A stretch of DNA of 64,000 nt from Halioglobus sp. (lineage in GTDB: Bacteria > Pseudomonadota > Gammaproteobacteria > Pseudomonadales > Halieaceae), in NCBI GenBank assembly GCA_036960305.1, contig JBALWA010000007.1, positions 14,126 through 78,125 on the forward strand, in the 5' to 3' direction. The position numbers were made by a program, and so were the translations under genes. The notes beneath the pieces were generated by a model, which saw nothing but the letters and a program-made list of their open reading frames with translations, did not search any database and had not been told where the DNA came from. Shown piece after piece: positions 26,668 to 35,880 of the stretch. Position 1 is the first letter of the stretch. The number at the start of each line of letters is the position of its first letter.

Positions 26668-28799
26668 AAGAATGTCATCGGAATACTGATGATCATGCCC
26701 TCGGGAACAGATTCCAGCGGCTTGCGCTTGCCCATCAGCACATCGTACAGCTCGTCGTTGACCTTGGAATAACCCTTAATGAAATCGCTATAGGGTTTGT
26801 GAGCGACGCTGACGAATCCCTGGTGAAAGTTCTGGCCATCGAAACGGCCCATAACTGGATCATCGTTAAAACTGAAGTAGTGAATTCCGATGCTATTGGG
26901 GTGGCTGGCAGCATTCTCGGCATAGTAACGATAAGCAACAGCCCGTTCCGCCTCGGTCCGGGTCCAACGTGCGCCGTAGGCAGGGTGACCTGCTTCCATT
27001 GAGCCGTGATGGAATTCACCGATCAACACAGGCTTGCCAGTCATTTCCGCCGCTCGCTCGATACGCGGATAGGGGTTATCCGTATAGGCATTCATGGAAA
27101 AAACATCCAGGTACTGGGTCCCGGCAAATCGCCACTCCTCTTTCAGCGCCGCCGAGGCCCAGCGCATCCCCATGTTAAGGTGATTGGGGTCGATCGCCCG
27201 GGTTGCCTTTACAGGCACCTCCACGTATCGATCCAGCATCATCGTGGAAAACTCCTGCAGGTCGGTACTGGCGGACTCGGATAAGGAAGCCGCTTCTTTG
27301 ATCGGCGATTGTAATGCATCGAAGCCGGCGAATTCGGATTTCCATGCCTTGTTGAAGGCCTTAATATCACTGTTGTAACGTTGCTTGAGAAAATCGATCA
27401 GCCTGTCTTTGGTCACAAAGGACTCGTCCTTCTCCAGCATGGTCTCCGCCAGATTGATAGTGGCGACATAGGCCCATCCCGGCTCATTATTCATAAAATA
27501 GCCGATGAGATAGGGATCGTCTTTTATCTCTTCCAGTTGCAGTGCAAACTGCTCTGCTTTCTGTTCGTACTCCGCGCTGAATACATCAGGGAAGTCGCGG
27601 AAAATGCGTTTGTCTGTCACAGGAAAGTGTTGCATCGGGATGACATAGGGAACACTAGCCTTGCGGGCGAACTCCAGGTCGGACCAGTTGCCCACGGTGT
27701 TGACGTTCCACTCAATCAGGCGCCGACGGGTAATATCAGTCCACTGATCGTGCCAATCATCGCCGAAAGTCCGTATGAGGTTGGTGGTGTGAAAATTCAG
27801 CAGGTCGAGTGACTTGCCCCCGGGGTCGACCATGTCGTGGACCGTATGCTGTTCCCAGGCATCTGCATATTTGCCGTCATGCGGAGGCATCCATTCATGT
27901 ATGCCCTCTAGGCCATCGACGTTGCCAGAGATACCCGGGGCGATGATATCGATACCGATGCTGTAAAAAGCATAACCTTCAGGGTCTACCAACCACCAGC
28001 GCTCTCCGTCGTGGTGTGTCCTGAAAAATCCAGTCGCCTTGAACTGCTTGGCCTTAGTGCCGCCGTACTGACTGTACTTCGTGCTGTCGCGCGTCGCTGC
28101 CGGCTTGGCTGCCTCGGATTTCAGGTAGCGATCCAGTTCGGCCTTGCTGGCCACTTTGTCTTTCCATTCCTTGTCCGCCCATTGCCCCATCGCATCTATC
28201 ACTACACCGTCTTCAACAGGGTAATCTGGCTGCTCTGCGGTAAAGCGAAAATTGGAAAATTCGGCGACGGCCTCGTCACCGGACATCTTCATTACCGACA
28301 GAGCCATCCGGCTCCACTCGGTAATGTCTACACCTTTACCGAAGGAAAATGGAATCAGCGTGCCTGGTGTTTTCGGTACGCCCCGACCCTCTGCCAGCAC
28401 TTTCAAGGGAAAGGACAGACGCCCCTGTAAACCGGGAAACAGGCCGACGCTGTTGATGAGGTCTGCTCGTTCGCCAGTATTGCGGTCGGACCAGAACATC
28501 ATACTCACTGCCACGCTATCAACGCCGCTGATGTCGGCCAGAAAGGAGAGCCATGCATCTTCGGGCAGTTTTCGCAGCGTGTCGTTTTGTAGTATTAGAG
28601 TACAGGGCTGCCCGACTCTCAGCGGTAGGCGCAGCGAGTTGTCTTCGCCTCGCTCCACCTCACAACCCACGGCGACAAAATCGTCAAGACTCAATGCGCT
28701 TATGGCCTCTCCTGCCGCAATCGAACCGCTGCTGAAACCAACCGTTACCATTACCACAAGCAATGTCGTACTCTTGATCAAAGAAAATGTCTTTCTCAT
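26664..28799 (-). CDS. Secreted clan GH-A (TIM-barrel) glycoside hydrolase with N-terminal beta-sandwich-like region; family uncertain (GH50/agarase-like or related)
   Basis: Signal peptide LLVVMVTVGFSSGSIAA. YLIGYFMNNEPGW (acid/base NEP) and GKPVLIGEFHHG (nucleophile GE). About 230 aa precede the barrel. The ATG at 28799 has AAGGAG upstream. Its stop overlaps the convergent SDR stop by 4 nt. Confidence 0.5.
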   Translation of the reverse strand: MRKTFSLIKSTTLLVVMVTVGFSSGSIAAGEAISALSLDDFVAVGCEVERGEDNSLRLPLRVGQPCTLILQNDTLRKLPEDAWLSFLADISGVDSVAVSMMFWSDRNTGERADLINSVGLFPGLQGRLSFPLKVLAEGRGVPKTPGTLIPFSFGKGVDITEWSRMALSVMKMSGDEAVAEFSNFRFTAEQPDYPVEDGVVIDAMGQWADKEWKDKVASKAELDRYLKSEAAKPAATRDSTKYSQYGGTKAKQFKATGFFRTHHDGERWWLVDPEGYAFYSIGIDIIAPGISGNVDGLEGIHEWMPPHDGKYADAWEQHTVHDMVDPGGKSLDLLNFHTTNLIRTFGDDWHDQWTDITRRRLIEWNVNTVGNWSDLEFARKASVPYVIPMQHFPVTDKRIFRDFPDVFSAEYEQKAEQFALQLEEIKDDPYLIGYFMNNEPGWAYVATINLAETMLEKDESFVTKDRLIDFLKQRYNSDIKAFNKAWKSEFAGFDALQSPIKEAASLSESASTDLQEFSTMMLDRYVEVPVKATRAIDPNHLNMGMRWASAALKEEWRFAGTQYLDVFSMNAYTDNPYPRIERAAEMTGKPVLIGEFHHGSMEAGHPAYGARWTRTEAERAVAYRYYAENAASHPNSIGIHYFSFNDDPVMGRFDGQNFHQGFVSVAHKPYSDFIKGYSKVNDELYDVLMGKRKPLESVPEGMIISIPMTFF

Positions 28800-28828
28800 A
28801 AAGCTCTCCTTCCGGCCCAAACCGTGTA

Positions 28829-28852
28829 TTTACATTTTGTATGTTATGTATA
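28829..28852. promoter_or_regulatory. Inverted repeat TTTACAT-N10-ATGTATA, 30 nt upstream of the GH-A hydrolase gene
   Basis: Read directly: 28829-28835 TTTACAT, 28846-28852 ATGTATA (one mismatch to a perfect repeat). Confidence 0.3.
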
Positions 28853-28893
28853 GTATCGGCGAGCGCATATTGGCGGCTACCCTGTACTTAACG

Positions 28894-29925
28894 CTACTTT
28901 GGTACTTCCTTCGCGCCCAAACAGGCCGGCCACAGAGATTCCGGCGTGTCCCAGGGCTCGCTGATCTGGCACTGCTCCGCACAAACTGCTTTCGTTGCCG
29001 CACCCTCCGCAATACAGCTTTTCTCGCAGTTCTCCACTCGCGGAATACCCGTTTCAAACATGGTCCTGATCACGCAGCTGCGCTCCTCCTGTGAGGGATA
29101 AACCACGTTAGCGGTCAGGGTCCTGAGCCTAACCGTACAGTTATCACCACACGCTATGGATGGATCCAGCTGCCCCGTCCTATCCAGCTTGCCGGCGAGA
29201 AAGGCTATCGCATTGGCGAGAAACTGTTGGAATTGCGGGTCATTTAGCGTCTCCTCACTGTGCCCCAGGGTGGTTGCCAGCACCGGGGTACCGTTCACTT
29301 CATTAAGCCAGGCCTGCAGGTGGTGCTTTTCTGTCTCCACTCCGTAAGCCGAAATCAAGGCTTCACTGTTATCGCCCACAGCGAGATTGATATAAAGCTC
29401 ATCGTTGGCCAATTCCCAGGGAAACGCCAGCGCCGCGATAACGGGATGCTCGCTGGCCTTATTCAGAGTAAAGCTGCGCATATCCTCGTGTCGTAGCGTT
29501 TTCAGGCCCAGCAATTCGTACCAATTGGACACATGTTGAAACGAATGCATTGCGCAATGCACTGCCAGAAGCGGAACGCCCTGATCTCTCACCGGACGAA
29601 TCAGATTGTCCACCAATTGTGGATCGCGCCGGGCGGCATGGCAGAAATTGTAGATGAGCACGTCGTAACCCATCGCAAAATCAGTCTCCCGAAGGCGCTC
29701 GATATCGCCCACAATTACGTCGAAGTCGGCATGGATGCGCTGGCCTATGCCGTTGGTCACGAGTTCCGCCTGTCGCTGGTAGTTGTGGAACCACCCCGCA
29801 CTCGTCACATAGAGCACTTTGATGGCGCCAGCCTCACTGTTCGAATCTGCATGGTTACCCTGAATAAAGATCAACTGCATGACGACCAAGACCCATGCAG
29901 ACCGCATTGTTTTGGAAAGGATCAT
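28894..29925 (-). CDS. ThuA-like domain protein, secreted, with Cys-rich C-terminal extension
   Basis: Signal peptide, then IKVLYVTSAGWFHNYQ, YDVLIYNFCHA, VPLLAVHCAMHSF and TTLGHS (ThuA-like). The last ~90 aa carry 8 Cys (CGDNC, ENCEKSC, VCAEQC). AGGAG SD. Confidence 0.6.
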   Translation of the reverse strand: MILSKTMRSAWVLVVMQLIFIQGNHADSNSEAGAIKVLYVTSAGWFHNYQRQAELVTNGIGQRIHADFDVIVGDIERLRETDFAMGYDVLIYNFCHAARRDPQLVDNLIRPVRDQGVPLLAVHCAMHSFQHVSNWYELLGLKTLRHEDMRSFTLNKASEHPVIAALAFPWELANDELYINLAVGDNSEALISAYGVETEKHHLQAWLNEVNGTPVLATTLGHSEETLNDPQFQQFLANAIAFLAGKLDRTGQLDPSIACGDNCTVRLRTLTANVVYPSQEERSCVIRTMFETGIPRVENCEKSCIAEGAATKAVCAEQCQISEPWDTPESLWPACLGAKEVPK

Positions 29926-30162
29926 GAAATGCTCCTGAAAAAATAGAGGTCCATCACACCCTATGTCCGTCTCGTTTACTACTGTGTAGTTGACGTCATA
30001 CCTGTATGCAATTGCAAAAGCCCTAGCGAAGCTGGGAGCGGATGTATTCGCGGTTGCAAAAAAGTACTACTCTCCGATGAAACTGCGGGTAGAGCCGCTA
30101 CCGTTCCAGGCAGTACAGTCGATACCAATGAAATAATCGTACTAACGCCCCGGGAGGCCCCT

Positions 30163-31668
30163 ATGCAGCAAACGCCCAGCAATTGCATCCAAATTGACAG
30201 CGAGGCTGAAGCGGTTGAATTCAACCGCTTTTTCCAACGCTGTATCGGCTCCTGCCACGCCTACCTTACGCTGCGGGAGGACTTTCGCAAACAGGCGCGT
30301 ACTGTGCAGGAAGAGATTGCTTTTCGCTACATTCGCTGCCACGGCATCTTCCATGACTGGGTGGGTGTCTGCCACCCTCTCGACGGAGAGCTACACTACA
30401 ACTTTCAAAACGTAGACAAGATTTACGATTTCTTCTTGTCTGTGGGCCTGCGCCCCTATGTGGAACTGAGCTTCATGCCCCAGGCACTCGCCAGCGATCT
30501 GGGGAAAACCACATTCCGCTATGAGGCCAATATCAGCCCGCCGGCCGATATGAAGCAGTGGAACTGCATGATTCACGCCTTCGTCACTCACTTGATCGGG
30601 CGCTATGGGCTGGACGAAGTACGCCAATGGTATTTCGAGGTGTGGAATGAGCCTGACCTCAAGGACCTGTTCTGGTCGGGGGACCAACAGGATTACCTGG
30701 AGTTGTATCGCCACACCGCGACGACGATTAAGGCGATCGACCAACAACTGCCAGTCGGCGGTCCTTCTACATCCAAAAACCTGTGGCTGGAAGAGACTAT
30801 CGCCTTTTGTGTGGATAACAATCTGCCACTGGACTTTATTTCTACCCACCACTACTGTGCCGATGCCGCACTGGAAACCGGGTCTGATGTCTTTGATATA
30901 GCCTATCGCGGTCAAAAGGCCATGGTGGAAGATGTGCGTCGCACGGTAGACATCGTCAAGAAATCAGCATTCCCGGATATCGAAATTCACTACTCAGAGT
31001 GGAACGTTTCCCCGTGCCACGAAGACCGCTTTGGCAAGGACTCTGAATTCAACGCCACCTTCGTCCTGCAAACTCTTACCGACCTTGACGGTTTGTTGGA
31101 TGTGTACTCCTACTGGTGCTTGTCGGATATTTTTGAGGAGACAGGCCCGGGTCTCAACCCATTTTCAGGGAAATACGGGTTGATGAACCTGCACGGTATC
31201 CGTAAACCGGTATTCCATGCCTATCAATTTCTAGCCCAGCTTTACGACGAGGAAGTGCCAACAGCACTCGACAACTGCCGGGTAAGCCGCAGCGGACAGG
31301 ACTGGCGAATCCTGCACTGGAATTTCGTCGACCCGTTAGAAACCGATTTCAACGGCGGCGACTACTTGATACCACAGACGGAGCTCACACAGGAACTGGT
31401 TCTTACGGGTCTTGAAGGGCACTACCAGGTCACTGCCTATCGGGTCGACCGCGAAGCCGGCAATGCATATCGAGCCTGGCAGCGCCAGGGCCAGCCACAG
31501 TACCCCAACCCGGAGCAACTGGCAGAGTTAGAGCGGGCATCCCATGCCGTAAAGTTCATGGACAACACTGTAGAAGTGTTGGAAGAATACGGCGGAGAGC
31601 TTCGGCTCGAATCCCAACTGGCAGCCAACGCGCTGATTTTCTACGACATTAGCAAGAACTCCGCATAA
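30163..31668 (+). CDS. GH39 glycoside hydrolase (beta-xylosidase/alpha-L-iduronidase family), cytoplasmic
   Basis: FRYIRCHGIFHDWVGV, ELSFMP and QWYFEVWNEPDLKDLFW (the GH39 acid/base region), plus YSEWN (putative nucleophile). No signal peptide. Confidence 0.8.
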   Translation: MQQTPSNCIQIDSEAEAVEFNRFFQRCIGSCHAYLTLREDFRKQARTVQEEIAFRYIRCHGIFHDWVGVCHPLDGELHYNFQNVDKIYDFFLSVGLRPYVELSFMPQALASDLGKTTFRYEANISPPADMKQWNCMIHAFVTHLIGRYGLDEVRQWYFEVWNEPDLKDLFWSGDQQDYLELYRHTATTIKAIDQQLPVGGPSTSKNLWLEETIAFCVDNNLPLDFISTHHYCADAALETGSDVFDIAYRGQKAMVEDVRRTVDIVKKSAFPDIEIHYSEWNVSPCHEDRFGKDSEFNATFVLQTLTDLDGLLDVYSYWCLSDIFEETGPGLNPFSGKYGLMNLHGIRKPVFHAYQFLAQLYDEEVPTALDNCRVSRSGQDWRILHWNFVDPLETDFNGGDYLIPQTELTQELVLTGLEGHYQVTAYRVDREAGNAYRAWQRQGQPQYPNPEQLAELERASHAVKFMDNTVEVLEEYGGELRLESQLAANALIFYDISKNSA

Positions 31669-31694
31669 CGCGACTCAATCCAGGACTAATAACA

Positions 31695-33077
31695 ATGGCT
31701 GAAACGCGACTATCGTTCAAAGAAAAGTTCTCCTATGGGCTGGGAGACACCGCAAGTAATATCGTCTTCCAATCGGTGATGATGTTTCTGATGTTCTTCT
31801 ACACCGATATTTTCGGTCTATCCCCCGCTGCCGTCGGCACTATGTTTCTCCTGGTGCGGGTATTGGATGCTATAACCGACCCCGTTATGGGAGCCCTCGC
31901 CGATCGTACCCAGACCCGCTGGGGAAAATTTCGCCCCTACCTGATTTGGCTGGCAGTGCCCTATGCGGCGATTTGTATACTAACGTTTACCACGCCCGAC
32001 TGGAGCGATAGCGCGAAGCTGATCTACGCCTACGTAACCTATGCCCTGCTAATGGTCATGTACACGGCGATAAATATTCCCTACTGCGCCCTGGGTGGTG
32101 TACTGACCAACGATCCAAAGGAACGTGTCTCTCTCCAGTCCTACCGTTTTGTATTGGCCTCCGCCGGTGGACTGATGGTATCCGGCCTAACCCTGCCGCT
32201 GGTGGCCTGGTTGGGCGGCGGCGACAACGCCAAGGGTTATCAATTGGCCATTGCACTGATGAGTGTGATGGGAATAGGCATGTTCGTGATCTGTTTTGCC
32301 AATACGCGCGAACGGGTGACAGCGGTTACAGAATCCACCTCCTCGTTTTTTGGCGACCTGAAAGGTTTATTCCGCAACGACCAGTGGATGTTGCTATCAA
32401 TACTCACTTTCCTGATCGTCATTGGCGTCATGATTCGCGGCGCCGTCGCCCTGTACTACGTCAAGTACGTACTGGATTCTGAGTCCCTGTCCACCGCCTT
32501 TATGACCCTGGGCATGCTGGGCATGTTGATAGGCAGCGGACTTGCCCCCCTGGTCACCAGGCGATACTGCAAAATCAAAGTCTACAGCTTCTGTAACGTC
32601 GGCATCGCCGCGCTTTGCGTAGTGTTCTATTTGGAGGGCCACTCATCCATCGCCCTGGCCTTCGGCCTGCACTTCATCATTGGGCTGTTACAGCAACTGA
32701 CAACGCCACTACTGTGGGCCATGCTGTCGGATACCGTGGATTACGGCGAGTGGAAGGGTGGCAGCCGTATCACTGGCCTGGCGTTCTCCGCCACGCTATT
32801 CGCCCTGAAGCTGGGTATGGCACTTGCAGGCGCCCTCACCGGGTGGGTACTAGCGGGCTACGGTTATGATGGTGGTCTTGCGGTACAATCCGACGAGGCC
32901 AAGAATGGCATTATCCTTCTTTTCACTGCAGTACCTGCTGTCACTGCAATCATTGGCGCCGTTTTAGTTCGCCGTTATCAACTGGATGATGAAACCCTGA
33001 TTGCAGTGCAGAGCAAGCTGCAGAAGAAAGAGCCCTTTATGCCACTGGCGCAATTGCGCAGTGCTCGAGCTAATTAA
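31695..33077 (+). CDS. Glycoside-pentoside-hexuronide (GPH):cation symporter, MFS superfamily
   Basis: 460 aa, about 12 TM segments. N-terminus KEKFSYGLGDTASNIVFQ and DAITDPVMGALADRTQTRWGKFRPY are typical MelB/XylP/YicJ motifs. Confidence 0.85.
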   Translation: MAETRLSFKEKFSYGLGDTASNIVFQSVMMFLMFFYTDIFGLSPAAVGTMFLLVRVLDAITDPVMGALADRTQTRWGKFRPYLIWLAVPYAAICILTFTTPDWSDSAKLIYAYVTYALLMVMYTAINIPYCALGGVLTNDPKERVSLQSYRFVLASAGGLMVSGLTLPLVAWLGGGDNAKGYQLAIALMSVMGIGMFVICFANTRERVTAVTESTSSFFGDLKGLFRNDQWMLLSILTFLIVIGVMIRGAVALYYVKYVLDSESLSTAFMTLGMLGMLIGSGLAPLVTRRYCKIKVYSFCNVGIAALCVVFYLEGHSSIALAFGLHFIIGLLQQLTTPLLWAMLSDTVDYGEWKGGSRITGLAFSATLFALKLGMALAGALTGWVLAGYGYDGGLAVQSDEAKNGIILLFTAVPAVTAIIGAVLVRRYQLDDETLIAVQSKLQKKEPFMPLAQLRSARAN

Positions 33078-33094
33078 GGATGAGGAAAATTGCC

Positions 33095-34048
33095 ATGCGT
33101 GTCGTTGTCATTGGTGCCACCGGCCATATTGGTACTTTTCTGGTACCCCGCTTGGTCGCTGAGGGGTTTGAGGTTATTGCGGTCAGTCGCCAGCGCCAGA
33201 ATCCCTACCGGCAGGACAGCGCGTGGAAGTCCGTGCGCAGTATAAGCCTTGATCGCGCGGAGCTGGAAAGCGAAGGTCGATTTGGTGAGGCGATAGCCAA
33301 ACTCGGCGGCGACATCATTATTGACCTCATTTGCTTCACCCAGGACAGCGCACGCCAGCTGGTTACTGCGGTTGGCGATGATATCCAACAGCTGCTCCAC
33401 TGCGGCACCATCTGGGTCTATGGCGCCAGTCGCCTGGTACCCACATCCGAAGACCAGCCGCGTCAGCCACTGGGTGACTATGGTCGCAACAAGGCGGCCA
33501 TTGAATCCTGGCTGCTCAATGCGGCGACGGAGTCCTCGCTTCCCGTGACGATACTCCACCCCGGACATATCGTGGGTGCCGGTTGGATGCCGCTCAACCC
33601 CGCTGGTAATTTCAATGCACAAATCTTTGACCACATTGCAGCGGGCAACGAGGTATTGCTGCCCAATATGGGAATGGAAACCTTGCACCACGTGCACGCG
33701 GACGATGTCGCCCAAGCCTTTATGTTGGCTATCAGGCATCGTGAGAACGCCATCGGAGAGAGTTTCAATATTGTCAGCGATGCCGCCTTAACCCTGAATG
33801 GATACTGTGAAGCACTGGCGCAATGGCTGGACAAGCCCAGCAATATTCGTCACCTACCGCTGGATCAGTGGCGCGAGAGGGTTTCAGAAGAGGATTACCA
33901 GGCGTCTATTGAGCATCTGTCCCACGGTTCGCATTGCAGTAATGCCAAGGCGCGGCAGCTACTTTCCTTCGAACCCCGATTCAGTTCGATTGAAGGTATT
34001 CAGGACTCCCTGGCTCCGCATTTCGGTTTACCAAGCCCTATCAGCTAG
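33095..34048 (+). CDS. NAD-dependent epimerase/dehydratase family (extended SDR)
   Basis: MRVVVIGATGHIGTFLV Rossmann N-terminus. GAGGA lies 8 nt upstream of the ATG at 33095; the listed start at 33080 lacks a spaced SD. It begins 18 nt after the transporter stop. Confidence 0.75.
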   Translation: MRVVVIGATGHIGTFLVPRLVAEGFEVIAVSRQRQNPYRQDSAWKSVRSISLDRAELESEGRFGEAIAKLGGDIIIDLICFTQDSARQLVTAVGDDIQQLLHCGTIWVYGASRLVPTSEDQPRQPLGDYGRNKAAIESWLLNAATESSLPVTILHPGHIVGAGWMPLNPAGNFNAQIFDHIAAGNEVLLPNMGMETLHHVHADDVAQAFMLAIRHRENAIGESFNIVSDAALTLNGYCEALAQWLDKPSNIRHLPLDQWRERVSEEDYQASIEHLSHGSHCSNAKARQLLSFEPRFSSIEGIQDSLAPHFGLPSPIS

Positions 34049-34184
34049 TTACTTCTTGCCTTTCCACAGAGCCCAAAGGCAATATCCAAAATTGATAGAT
34101 AGGCGGGAGTAGCTCAATAAAGAGAGCAATTTTTCATACCTGAAACTACACTGTATTAAATTCATTCAGGAATCACCATACAGT

Positions 34185-35861
34185 ATGGAAGAGTTGACGA
34201 TAGGCTTTGAGTGGTTACTGGAGCTGCTGCGGCAGCGCTCTGTGCTGTTATTGTTCCTGCTTCTTGGTGCGGGGTATGTGATAGGAAAAATTAATGTCAT
34301 GGGCTTCTCCCTGGGCCCGGTTGCCGGGGTACTGTTCGCCGGTTTATTCCTGGGCCATCATGGCTTACGCATCGGATCGGGCGCACAGTCAGTCGGGTTT
34401 GCACTGTTTATTTTTTCCGTAGGTTATCAGGCAGGCCCCCGCTTTTTCAGTGCATTAAAGGCTGACGGTCTCAAGTATTTTATTCTGTCGATGGTCGTTG
34501 CGGTCTCTGCCGTCCTGATGACGCTTGCCGCCGCGAAGTTGCTTGCCCTGCAACCGGGCATGTCTGCCGGGTTGTTGGCCGGTGGTCTCACCAGTTCCCC
34601 CACGCTTGCGGCAGCGCAAGATGCCGTCCGTGAAGGGGCTGTCACGATACCTCCCGGTTACACCTCTGACCAATTGGTGGGCAATATTGCGAGCGCGTAT
34701 GCCATTACCTATATTTTTGGCCTAACCGGGCTGATTACCATCATCAAATACCTGCCGCGCGTGCTAAATATCGATCTGGCCGCCGAGTCGGAAAAGCTGG
34801 AGCAGGCCGGAGCGGCGACACAACAACCGGTCAATATTACGACCCGCTGCTACCGCGTGGAAAACCCGGACTTTCTGGTCCCGACTGTTCTCGAAATCAG
34901 GGAGCGGTACACAACTCGAAAGCCCCTCGCCACAGTGAAGCGAAATGGTGAGTCGATACAGATCGAGCCAACAGACCATGTGCAGTTGGGTGACGTAATA
35001 GAATTGGTGGGGCCGCGAGAACTTTTTGCAACCGGCATAGCGGATATAGGCACTGAGTTGCCCCTTGATTGGGACCTTTCCTTGGGCCAGTCTTCGGCTG
35101 TGGTGGTCGTTACCAATCGGCAAGTGTTTGACCTCACCCTTGGGGAGTTGGATATTCCGGGTGCTTTTGGCGTGTTGATAACGAAAATTGTTCGCTCTGC
35201 CGTCGAATTACCCCACAGTTACGACCTGGCTCTGGGGAACGGGGACATTCTGACAGTGGTCGGGCCGTCAGCCCAGATCGAGAAGTTTGGCCAGTATATG
35301 GGGCACCTCGAAAGCGACCTCTCACAAACAGATATGGTGACCTTCGCCTTCGGCATTGTTGTCGGCGTATTGCTGGGGATGCTGTCTTTCACAGTCGGTG
35401 GGGTCGCTATCGGTCTGGGGAATGCCGGTGGTTTGCTGGCTTCCGGCCTGGCGATTGGCTACCTCCGTAGCGTCCGTCCCACTTTCGGCCGGCTGCCGGA
35501 AGCAACAAGTTGGTGGTTGATGGAGTTCGGATTACTTCTGTTTATGGCTGGGGTCGGGCTGCGAGCCGGCGGGAGCTTTTTGGAAACATTGCAGCATGCG
35601 GGGCCGCTTCTCATCATTGCGGGACTGTTGATAACCACGATCCCCCTACTGCTCGCTTACTTCGTGGGAAGCCGCTGGCTCAAACTCAACCCGGCAATAT
35701 TGATGGGGGCTCTTACTGGCGCCATGACCAGTGGCGCATCACTGAGCGTCGTGACAGAAGAAGCAGGCAGTACGGTTCCCGCTATAGGCTACGCGGGGAC
35801 GTACGCCTTCGGTAATGTCTTGCTGATGGTAGCGGGTCCACTGGTGATTCTGCTTGCCTAG
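34185..35861 (+). CDS. Aspartate:alanine exchanger (AAE) family transporter, YidE/YbjL type with central TrkA-C domains
   Basis: 558 aa with two hydrophobic halves (GYVIGKINVMGFSLGPVAGVLFAG; repeated GNAGGLLASGLAIGYL). These flank two soluble RCK-C-like repeats (LGDVIELVGPRE; NGDILTVVGPSAQIEKF). Confidence 0.8.
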   Translation: MEELTIGFEWLLELLRQRSVLLLFLLLGAGYVIGKINVMGFSLGPVAGVLFAGLFLGHHGLRIGSGAQSVGFALFIFSVGYQAGPRFFSALKADGLKYFILSMVVAVSAVLMTLAAAKLLALQPGMSAGLLAGGLTSSPTLAAAQDAVREGAVTIPPGYTSDQLVGNIASAYAITYIFGLTGLITIIKYLPRVLNIDLAAESEKLEQAGAATQQPVNITTRCYRVENPDFLVPTVLEIRERYTTRKPLATVKRNGESIQIEPTDHVQLGDVIELVGPRELFATGIADIGTELPLDWDLSLGQSSAVVVVTNRQVFDLTLGELDIPGAFGVLITKIVRSAVELPHSYDLALGNGDILTVVGPSAQIEKFGQYMGHLESDLSQTDMVTFAFGIVVGVLLGMLSFTVGGVAIGLGNAGGLLASGLAIGYLRSVRPTFGRLPEATSWWLMEFGLLLFMAGVGLRAGGSFLETLQHAGPLLIIAGLLITTIPLLLAYFVGSRWLKLNPAILMGALTGAMTSGASLSVVTEEAGSTVPAIGYAGTYAFGNVLLMVAGPLVILLA

Positions 35862-35880
35862 CGAAGGTAGTGATCCTCAG

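Noticed and set aside
30007-30016. A perfect 10-bp palindrome TGCAATTGCA upstream of GH39, and a 6-4-6 repeat TATCAT-caga-ATGATA (39698-39713) between the PhyH-like and BVMO genes.
   Set aside because: Palindromes of this size are expected about 15-60 times by chance in 64 kb. There is no second copy and no adjacent regulator to support them.
34056-34082. A stem TTGCCTTT-N11-AAAGGCAA after the epimerase gene, considered as a possible terminator.
   Set aside because: The 11-nt loop, AT-rich stem and lack of a following T-run make it unconvincing as an intrinsic terminator.
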